Part shown: one piece after another, positions 42,843 through 52,428 of the stretch
Position numbering within the stretch: position 1 is the stretch's first letter
How the letters are laid out: each line of letters begins with the position of its first letter
Assembly: GCA_023334545.1 (NCBI GenBank)
Contig: JAADVB010000115.1
Location: 1 to 55,392 of the forward strand
Source: Salisapilia sapeloensis CBS 127946
Taxonomy: Eukaryota; Protista; Oomycota
DNA length: 55,392 nucleotides
Direction of reading: 5' to 3'
Notes under the pieces: model-generated
Database searches by the model: none
What the model saw: only the letters and a program-made list of their open reading frames with translations
Told to the model about the DNA's origin: nothing
Translations under genes and position numbers: made by a program

Positions 42843-44344
42843 ATGTCGATGGAGAGCGTGCTGCGTAGAGTTTTCTCTTCTTCTGCAGCGAATGCTACAC
42901 TCCAGAGGTTAGCTGCTGTTATCATATTGCTTTATATATGGATCTTAATCATTTGTATGGATGGATTTTACTTATTGTGCGGTCTATAGCCGACTTCCGT
43001 ATGTCTACACGGCTGAAGAGATCAATCAGATGCGCTTCTGGAGGAAAAGCATGCTAGAGAACCCACGCATCGTGGATCCAATTAAACGTGCAAAGAACTT
43101 TACTGCAAGGCGTATTAATATGCAGCTTTCAGAGATATCGCGTGTGACGAGGAAGCGAGCAATCGCATTTCCGCCGATGAAAAATCTCCATCCTTTTGAG
43201 AAAGATGTCGTCACGCTCACACTTGGCTCTGGCACATACGAGCAACGTCTTCAGGAGCTTCGAAAAGTGTATGCAAAGTGCCACCAAATTGGCAAATTGC
43301 ACGAGCAAAAGTGTCAGGACGTTCGAACGAAGCAGGAGGCACTTGACTGCTACGACCTCTGCATCGAGGTACTTAAAGCATTACCAAGTTGCTTCATCAC
43401 GTTATAAACCCTTTTTGCAGGAGCTCCACGCTTGTCTTCGAGAACAGTCAGATACACTTACAAAAGTTGCCAAAATGGCCAAGGTACAAACGTAAAAGCA
43501 TACTTATTCTAGCTGCATTGTAATAATTCAACTTCATTTAGACACTACGTGGTCTGCCTACGGTCGACTTATACCGTCCCATTTTTGCATTCGTCGGTGC
43601 TCCTAACGTCGGTACGCTAGCACTTAATGCCCTACTACATCTTACAAACACTTCGACCTGACACTGTTCATGCAGGAAAGTCGTCCCTCGTAAAGTCCTT
43701 GTCAACAGCTTCACCCGAGATTGCCAACTATCCGTTCACGACTCGAGGGATCACCATGGGCCACCTCTACATTGAGGGCACACCATATCAGGTACGCATA
43801 GGCAATTGGTGATGTAAATCTACGGTCTCCTGACAGCTCTGAGTAATAGATCGCTGACACGCCTGGACTCATCTACCGTTCAGATGAAGAGCGAAATTCA
43901 ATCGAGCGCTTTGCTCTTTCCATGATCGAGAAAACACAAGCTGTAAAGAGTCCATCCGTCTGATGTGTAGGCACTTGCTTACTAACATACTCTTCATATG
44001 CTGCCTATAGTCCATAGGTTTTGTCTTTGATCCTACTGAGACCTCCGGCACGTCTGCGTCGGACCAATTGGCACTCCGGCAAGAAGTCAAAGGCCGCGTC
44101 CAAGATCTAAAGCCAGACACCAAGTGGATAGATATCATCTCCAAGATTGACCACAACAACGTCAGCATCGAAGCTGCCGTCGAAGCGTACGTTACAAAAG
44201 CACTGCTCACTAGTATCGAATATAATGTATATGGATGACAGAATGGGCGATGCGGAGGTTGTGCACGGCGTATCGTCCGAGACGAATGAAGGACTGAATG
44301 AGCTCAACGACTGCATCCGGTCTATATTGGAAACGCCACTGTAA
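42843..44344 (+). CDS. NOG1/GTPBP4-family Obg-like GTPase, short form with presequence-like N-terminus (6 exons)
   Basis: LHPFE helical-domain motif, LRGLPTVDL, VGAPNVGKSS, NYPFTTRGI, ADTPGL, ERNSIE, FVFDPTETSG, ISKID. Ends soon after G5 (VSSETNEGL) with no NOGCT region or long tail. Confidence 0.85.
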
Positions 44345-44377
44345 CGCAAATAGAGAAACGTTCGCCTTCTATTCCAT

Positions 44378-45754
44378 TTACTCCTTCTTCTTCTCCGCGT
44401 CCTTCACCTTGAAGCAGTAGATGTCCAAGTAGTCACAGATGTCGATGATAACATTCGACACAAAGTAAAAGTAGACGCTTACGATGAAGACCATGTAGCA
44501 GGCAGACGCAAAGAGGCGATTCACCAACGGCTCTTCCAACAGACCAAAGGCAGGTCCGTAGGCGTTGAAAATGAGGAAGCCAAAGGGGAAAATTACACGC
44601 GCCTGGGGAGAGTATGCGATCTTGCACATGTGGCTCACAATCATACGGGTGGAAAAGTAGACGTATCCAATGCCGATGACGATCAGGTAGACGATCGGGT
44701 ACGTCTGGTAGTCTTCCTTGTCCGGACCTTCGATCCACGCGACGCCCATGCAGAGGATGAGTAGAATGGGGATGATCTGACCCATGGCTAGTGGCTTGGC
44801 AACGTGCTTGTGGCCCAGGTCTTTCTTCGGAATGCTGTCTCGAGGAGTCGTCCAGACGTTGTAGACGTTGCCAAAAGCAAGACTGAGGTTGCTGCAGATG
44901 AGAGTGATGATGAGGACGTCGGACAGAGTGATTTCGTCCAGCTGCATGAACGAAGTCACTTGGTTCTTTGGCAGAGAAAAGAGAGACGCTGTCCACATGT
45001 CCGGTCCGATAATTGTCGTAGCAAAGTGGATGAGCACGACACTGAGCTGGCCTTCCGTGACGCCGTAGAAGCCGTTACCACAGCTCATGACACCCGTGTG
45101 GTATTCTTCCCATTGCGCCAGGTAGAATGAGATGGAGAGCGTGGAGAGCGCGATGAATGGACGCAGCCCAGCACCAGATTGCACAGTCGCACATGCGCCA
45201 AGGACGATAAACATCGAGCTCAGAGCGTCACATCCTAATGGTTCGGTCAGTCGATGCGATTTATAAGGTGCAATTAATTCTCAAAGTACCGTGGTCAAAA
45301 AGCTGGCCGAGAGGAGAAGAGCTGCCTGTGCGACGAGCCTGCTTGCCATCAATGGCATCCATGGTCTGGTAGAAGAAGATACCGAGGCCGGATAAAAAGT
45401 AGATCTGATGATGTTACATGTTAGATTTTGCCTGCGTACAGAGCTACCAAAAGATAACGTACTGCTCTTGGGCAAGGCTGATCAAATCGTGGCGCAAAAT
45501 AGAGCTCCAGGGCGGTCGTAGCCGCCATGACCAAGGTACCGATGAGCGTCACAAGATTGGGAGCCATCCATTTGGGAAGGTACTCGACGGCAGCAGTCCA
45601 GAAGACATTCAGTTGGTTGTCCAGGTACGTATAGGTGCCACTAGAGAAATATCAGTAAGGATTTCATGTCAATTGCTGGATGATATGCGGAAAGATAGAC
45701 GTACGGCTTATACTCGTAAGAAGCAATGCCTTGCAGAGCTTTGCGTTTCAGCAT
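44378..45754 (-). CDS. CEPT1: Choline/ethanolamine phosphotransferase (CDP-alcohol phosphatidyltransferase), multi-exon
   Basis: [53 protein letters not shown]-type motif (split by introns), [18 protein letters not shown]; multiple TM helices. Confidence 0.92.
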
Positions 45755-46103
45755 GGTTTAAATAGCGTATGAAATCTATACGCCTCGGAAGGGAGCAGCT
45801 ACTCGGTGTAGTTGCTTGGAGCTTTTTTCGTTTGTGGTCTTTTAGCGCTTTCAGCTGGGAATTTCCGCCAAAACAAAATATTTTGGCCTACAAAAGTGTC
45901 TTCTTCCTTATAGTCAATATAAGATTCATGATCTAGTATTACGAGACAAACACGGAACCCCAACGACTTGCAAGCACCGAAATATCAACTTCAATATGCA
46001 GAGGAGTTTCCTACAGGCTAAACCTTCGCACAAACCGGTTGAAGAAGCAATATACTGCATGTATCTGATGGATGGATGTTTGGTAGTTGATCGAGGGTTT
46101 CTG

Positions 46104-47131
46104 TTATGTAGACATTTCTTTCATATCATCCAGAACGTGCTGACTTTGCTTCAATCGATCTGAGCATCATTAGATCTTGCGGCTGTTCTTTTGACGGGTA
46201 AAACGTACCGTAAAATTTTTGTGTATGATTCGAGATGATTTTTTCCATGTCTATGGGAGGCAGACCAATGTACTCATAGTCTTCTTCATCCATATGCTGA
46301 TTCGCAGTCTCGTCGATTTGAGATTTGGAGCCGACTCGTACCTATTTCCGGATAAATCATGCAGCCACCATATACACTTGACGATTTGTAACGTGCCTCA
46401 TGGTATGCTGGGATCCTTCCATTAAGCAAAATGATTGATGGCATTGCAACAGTGACTTGATCCATCAACTCGACATCACTGCATGCACTCATGACTGGAT
46501 TATCGGTCATCTTCAAAATACAAAGCCTGGGCATCTACTCGGCATGAGCACACGATATACTTGAAGAGAAGCCGTGTCCGAAGCTGACCTGATCAGCAAG
46601 TTCAAGAAAGTCGATTGCGCCGATGCTGTTATTCTGGCATATCATTAGTTTAGTTCAAGTAGGGAGAAGTATGTCTGCAGTACCGATATATCGAGTGACT
46701 CGAGTGCTGGGAGCATCGAAACTCCATCTGAGTCACTTTGTAAGCAGTACGTTTCAATCATTTGACGCAGTGGTTCACTCACTTAGAGAGGAGAGTTTGT
46801 TTTGTGTCATGTGCAGGCGCTGTAACTTGGGCAATGAAGGAAGCACTTCGATCGTTCGTAGCTATAACTCTTCATCAACAATTTTCTTAATACAGTGACT
46901 ACAAAGCTCGTCCTCACATCATTATTGCTGACGTTTAACTCCACAAGATTCGTGCACTGCTCCAATCCTTCCAGCGTATGGAGAGCTATGTCTAGATCAG
47001 TTTTTCGACATGCTTCCTAGACATAAGGAGTAGCCTCTCGTACCAAGATTGGAAAGATCCAAGTGCGTCACACTCTCCAGATTATAATGGTGACTTCGGT
47101 GCTTGATCAAATCTTCAGACAGCCTCATCAT
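46104..47131 (-). CDS. Small leucine-rich-repeat protein with LRRcap, LRRC61-like (8 exons)
   Basis: Hand-spliced MMRLSEDLIKHRSHHYNLESVTHLDLSNL/ALHTLEGLEQCTNLVELNVSNND/LRTIEVLPSLPKLQRLHMTQNKLSSL/NGVSMLPALESLDIS/NNSIG...ADQ/MPRLCILKMTDNPV...MPSIILLNG; continuous LxxLxLxxN repeats. Confidence 0.75.
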
Positions 47132-47216
47132 TCCAACCTTCCGAAACCTCCTTTGAACAGTTCGACGGATAAAAATAGTTTGCTCCAATTCAAGCAACAT
47201 TTTTCTATCTAGCATC

Positions 47217-49941
47217 CTAAAAGTCCCAGTCATCCCAGTCATCTCCCCCAGCTTTCTTTCCGGATGTCAACTTCATCGCGCCCTTGTTCTCCTTCTTGCT
47301 CGCCATCGCTTTTTTCCGGCTGCTCAGACTGCTCGAAGCTTTACTACTGCTGGAGCTTTGGCTCGACAGACTCGCCGAGCTGGAGCTGACCTTCATCTCT
47401 GGCTTACTCTCGACTCTGGACGGAGGCGAGTTCAGGCCCAAATCATCCAGCTCGTCTCCTCCGCCCCAGTCACCGTCATCCCAGTCGGCACTCAGATCCA
47501 CCTTTGCTCCAGTAGATACACTGCCCTTGGCCTTCGGCCGATTCACGCTCAGCTTCTGACTCGTCTTTGCCTTGGACGAAGTGGTCGAGGCCGAGAGGTA
47601 CCCGCCATTCGACTTTGTCTGCAGATCCTTCATCAAGTCGTTATCTCCCCAAGCGTCCTCATCGTCAGCTTGCAAGTCATCCGCCTCCAAAGCAGTGGAA
47701 GCACCGAGCTTCATGCCTATAGACGAAGACGGAGCGGACGAAATATCCGAAACAGACAGTCTAGAAGTGGTATTGGGCGCGTTGAGCTCGGCACTATGCA
47801 TACCTCGAGTCGTACTGTCGTCTCCAGCGCTCACGATGCGGTTGACGCCGGAAGACGCCCAGGACGCGATAGAGGAGCCGTATCCTCCATTGGAAGAGTT
47901 GCTGGACGGAGCATTTACAGGTGACGTGTTTTGCTCTTGTGCCGACTTATGCAGCTCCTGCTCTCTCTGTGCAGTCTGCTGCTCCATCGTCATCTGCTTG
48001 GCTGCGTCCATTGCCTTGTTGAGGAAGTAGGCAAAGGTGGTCGATGCCTGGTCCCGTACCGATGGCGATACGTCTAGTAGCAACGGAGAGAGGGAAGGCA
48101 GTATCTGGTTTACAACTGCAGTCGATGAAAAGTACTCCTAGACACGAATGACGTTAGCGTGGTACATATAGAAGTTGAAAGCAAGAGACATACATCGCAG
48201 GCAGAGATGGAGCGGAGACCAGCTAGACGTGCGTGGGGGAACGGGTCTCGAAGCGCACGTGCAAAGGCTGGAAAGAGAACCTTGTCTCTCGTCTTGTCGT
48301 TGAGTTTACTGGCAATCTTACCGAGGCAGATAGTCGTGTTCGTCCGAATCGCAGGCTCGGCATCCGTCTACGAGATCAAATTTAGCACGAGATGATACAG
48401 TTTCTTGTATACATAAACTACCTGTAGCTTGGCAAAGTGTTTCATGATCCGGTTATTTAAGTTCGCGTCCGTCAGCTTGTCGGCAATGTGCAGCACGGCC
48501 TTGACAGTCAGCTCTCTCAACGCTGGTACGGTGTCTGTGAACCCTCCACACAAGTTTTCAAAGACACCTGTGCTGTTCACGAGCTTGGCGTCCAGGTATG
48601 GAGCAAACCTGTCCATCATCTGGAGCAGCTGCGCCCGGACAGCTCGGTCGTTGCAGGAAAAGAGTGCCACAACCGTTGGTACCACATCTCTTCGGAACGT
48701 CTCCTCCGGTAGCTTTCCTCCGAGCTGGATGAGTGCCGGCAACATCTGACTCGCAGACGCATCGAGCTTAATGCTCTTGTTGGAAGACGTCGTGTTGTTG
48801 ACACCAAAGTCGATAACAGCCTTGAGTGCCGGCAGCACCTTGTAGAGGCCAAAGTGGGAGGGGATGGTGTCGAGGTTGTTGGTCAGGTCCTTATAGAAAG
48901 CTGCCTTCTCGTCCGTTGTCTTAATTGCAAGGTTTTCAACGAACTCGAGGCGAGTGATCAGAGGGGATGAAAAGTAGTTGGACTGAAGGATCTTTGACGG
49001 AGCTGGACGTTTACTGGCGTTGGCAGAGTCTGACAGAGCCTTTCGGTAGTGCGTTTTTAATGCAGCAGGAATGTTTGGTCCTTCTGCCAGTGCTCTTGTG
49101 TCGATGCTATTGTTGTTGAAAATAGAGTACAGTAAGCAGGCAAAGGACCACATGTCGACGCAATGAGGTGGATTTTTGCCGATGTTTGCCCACTCTCTTC
49201 GAGAGCATTCTACGAAAAGCTTCTAAGCAACTGGCAAATCAATAGTTTTGCTAGAAAGGTACCTGGCGCTTGGTACGATGAATTCATAAACTGATCAAAG
49301 GAGGTGAAGTGGTACGAAGGACCATCCATCGTGACACTGGAGATAAACTCAAAACCACCAAGTTTCCAGTCGCCACCCTACATTATCCTGTCAATGAATT
49401 TTATGATGACAATCTTGTAAGAACTTACCTTGGTGACGAAGATACTAAAGGGATTAATATTGCCATGCACGAGCTTACAGTCTTCATTAATAAACTGGAG
49501 TGCTCGCAGGATACTTCGAATACCCCAGGCAATGCTCTGCTGGAACATGTCGCTATCACACTCTTCCCGGAGCGTCAGTAGAAATCGAGACAAGGGCATC
49601 ACACGCTCCGTGACCATGATCACAGGGCCGTTCTGCACCTCCGTGCCGTCCAAGAACGTAAGGATGTTTGGGTGGCGAAGGGTTTTCAATCTCGTCAAGG
49701 CGTTCTGAGCTAGTGGAGAAGCATTTTCCTTGGCTTTAAATACAGACACGAGCTGCGTCGCATCGGACCGAGCGTGACCAGCGTGCAGGACAAAGTGGGG
49801 CAGATCGTCCTCAAGAACTAGCGGCACGTCGTTTGCGTCAGAAGGTAGGTTCTCTGGCGGGGGAGTTTCAAGTGCGTACGGGAGGCCGCCGACGGAGCCT
49901 CCGCCCACAATGCTCCCAAGCGTGGACTTGAGGAAGTTCAT
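47217..49941 (-). CDS. SCYL1: SCY1-like pseudokinase plus HEAT repeats (SCYL1/NTKL/Cex1), multi-exon
   Basis: LKTLRHPNILTFLDG, VTERVMPL, LVHGNINPFSIFVTK, DMWSFACL, FSCNDRAVRAQLL, GFTDTVPALRELTVK, LRDPFPHARLAGL, SVRDQA; S-rich tail ending GGDDWDDWDF. Confidence 0.93.
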
Positions 49942-49987
49942 TTCGCCTTGCTTCCGTTATCTGAATAAAGCTTGGCATTGCGATCGG

Positions 49988-50055
49988 ATTGGTGAATATT
50001 TCCGCTACGATAGCCAATAGCATACTGCCCTTGACAAAGAGTGGTGTGTTATTGG
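49988..50055. promoter_or_regulatory. Cluster of three CCAAT boxes upstream of SCYL1
   Basis: ATTGG at 49988-49992, CCAAT at 50014-50018 and ATTGG at 50051-50055, 47-114 bp upstream of the SCYL1 ATG. Confidence 0.4.
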
Positions 50056-51147
50056 TTAACCAAGTGCATACCTAGCTGCTTTTCTGGACTTTGTAGGTGG
50101 ACGCATTGGGGAGTTACCACGTTCATCGAGCTGACTTTGTACCTGACTGAAGACACGGCTGGAATAGAAATTGGAGTGCACGAACAGGCTGGTCATACGT
50201 CTAAGAGCACTGTGGGTACGACAATTTCGCCTTGTTGGAATTGCAGCTCGTCCTACGTTGTAGTTTTGAAACCTGGCTTCCCTGATTCAGATCCTTTCTC
50301 TTTGGTGGCTGAAAGTAATGTGCTCGTACTCATAAGTGCACTGTGAAGGGTAAGTTTAATACTAATAGAAAGCTCATGTACAAGAGTCTTTAGAAGGCAA
50401 TCACCACGATTGTGTTGAGAAGTTGGTGGAGGCATCTCACCTTTTCAAACAAGGTTGCCTGTACCCGGTGATATCGAGCGTTGATATTTGTCAATACGAA
50501 ATTCGTAATTTCGTTAAAACAATGTCTGAAAGCTTGCTTTATGCTCTTGGACTGCTAGAATTGACTTCATATAAAGATACGTCCATGATTGAAGAGTAGC
50601 GTCGTAACGCCTAGATGACCAAACTATAAATTTTCATGGCGAAGACTTGGTTCTGCGTTGCTTTACTATATCTGACCTATCTAGGCACTTGCCATAACGC
50701 GTCTGATAATTCAGTTTGGATTAAAAGTTTTATTATTTCTGCTATAGTTGAAGGCATTCGAGCTTACCATTTGTGATTCCAAATGGATAGAGCAAATACC
50801 TTTCTCCTTTGACGATCATAAGGTATGTTGCTGCTCACATAAACAATGAATTCGAATCGGAATAGAATTGCTGTTCTAGCAAAGGTATCTCATCCACTCT
50901 AGGCGGTAAACGTATCAAGTAAAACGCGTGTGGATACAGTCATAATTATTCAATATGCAGTCATGTACATTCACATGCTAGCACAAGCAAGAGTACAAGG
51001 ATTACAAGGTGAAGGGTGCAAGTTCTCTCATGTCACCCGATTAAAGTCCTACCTACTTGTCTACTGGCTACAGACCTGGGCCATCCTAAGCTGCCAAAAT
51101 TACACAATCTAAGCATGTAGCTGTGATCGCTCTGGTGTCGATTGCTG

Positions 51148-52428
51148 CTAGGCTTCGTCCATTTCCAACGTTGACTTGGCGCTCTCGACATGCACTGTAG
51201 GAAGACTTTTGTGATACTTCCGTGCGTTTTCCATCTGAGTAATTTCTTTCTTAAAAGCCTCTTTCTCGATTTCGTTTGACTCCAGAATAGCTGCCGTATA
51301 GTCATGTAGCGCTCGAGCGAGACTGAAACGTGCAAGATACAAGAATTTTAGAGCAACGTCGTCGGTCAGTGGCGACGACAACTTGGATTTGAGAATCGTT
51401 GCAGTGTCTCCATTAGGCAAAGCGACTTGGACTTCATCTCCAACGTCTTTGAGCACAACACATCGGATGTGGGAGTTGAGTCCACCATCAACAGTATCCC
51501 AGTGAAACGTTTTGAGCACGTTACCGGTAGCAAACTTGACGCCGTCCACCATGCTAGTATATGCTCGAACTTCGCTGGCGTGGCGTTCAAGCGCAAGTGA
51601 GGACCATATCTGTCGACATGGGTTTGCCTTCTTCCCCTTCCTCGACTTTCCATTGTCTGTCTTTGCCCACGGTACCACTTGATCTAATTCTTCGGGAGTG
51701 ATACAAGGACGTTGACTTATCTGCTCTGGTACGTTGGCTTGATAATCTGCCCCAATGTTCGGCTTCGGTGGTCCCAGGCCAGATCGGATCTCGTTGTTCT
51801 TTACAGGTACAAGCGCCTTCTTATTCGACCTGCTCGGGTAGTACTTAAATCGACAAGTATAGTATTCTTTCACTTTTTCCTTGAATCCCCGTTTGATGTC
51901 CCGTTGCACCTCGATGTATTCTTCCGGAGTGACGACGTGACATGTATCGGCGACCGCGTCGACATGGTTTTTGTCTTTGTGCGTGGATAAGAATACTTCA
52001 CCGTCCAATACACCGCCCTTGATATGTTGAAGAACTTCATCCGGAATATCCTTCGGTTTATAATACCACTGAGCTGTAAATTCGTAGCTCTTGTCGGCTT
52101 GCTGCGTGCGTTCTACGGAGCTCACGAGAGCTATGTACATGTCGTTTGGGTCACCCGAGTTCAGCAGTACACAGTCCCCCGCATTGACATGGATCGGGCT
52201 AACATCCGCGTCCTTCTCTTCCTTTCTGTACTTTTCGGCCACCACCTTCGCATCATCGGTCTTGGCCTTTGATGCTTTTTTAGACTTATGTGAACGTTTG
52301 GACTGTGTGTGCCGTTTTCTTTCCTGTGCCAGTGAGGGCCGAACACGGCTAAGCGGAGTGCCGCTGTCGCTCGTAATTTCGCCATTGGATTGTTTTCTCT
52401 TCTTGCCTGTTTTTCCTGACTCTGTCAT
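51148..52428 (-). CDS. BAH-domain chromatin protein with ELM2-like region, single exon
   Basis: NLS-like KTGKKRK, BAH (AGDCVLLNSGD..MYIALV...AQWYYKPKDIP...EVFLSTHKD...CHVV..EEY...YTCRFKY), ELM2-like NIGADYQANVP...IWS...VALKFLYLARFSLARAL. Start MTESG at 52428. Confidence 0.82.
   Translation of the reverse strand: MTESGKTGKKRKQSNGEITSDSGTPLSRVRPSLAQERKRHTQSKRSHKSKKASKAKTDDAKVVAEKYRKEEKDADVSPIHVNAGDCVLLNSGDPNDMYIALVSSVERTQQADKSYEFTAQWYYKPKDIPDEVLQHIKGGVLDGEVFLSTHKDKNHVDAVADTCHVVTPEEYIEVQRDIKRGFKEKVKEYYTCRFKYYPSRSNKKALVPVKNNEIRSGLGPPKPNIGADYQANVPEQISQRPCITPEELDQVVPWAKTDNGKSRKGKKANPCRQIWSSLALERHASEVRAYTSMVDGVKFATGNVLKTFHWDTVDGGLNSHIRCVVLKDVGDEVQVALPNGDTATILKSKLSSPLTDDVALKFLYLARFSLARALHDYTAAILESNEIEKEAFKKEITQMENARKYHKSLPTVHVESAKSTLEMDEA

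Noticed and set aside
42713-42925. 72-aa N-terminal extension of NPL4 in the ORF track (also similar extensions of DNAAF1, PEX5, PP2C and the BAH gene)
   Set aside because: These come from TTG/GTG or distal starts crossing neighbouring genes or promoters; homology begins at the downstream ATG.
45858-45880. E2F-like TTTTGGCGGAAA upstream of CEPT
   Set aside because: A single short match with no supporting copies; expected by chance.
47284-48030. Several + strand ORFs of 91-188 aa
   Set aside because: Antisense to the Ser-rich SCYL1 tail.
50170-50340. SH3-like words on the minus strand (CTYEYE...DELQFQQGEIV)
   Set aside because: The fragments are in different frames, are separated by stops, and lack the conserved Trp; likely coincidence.
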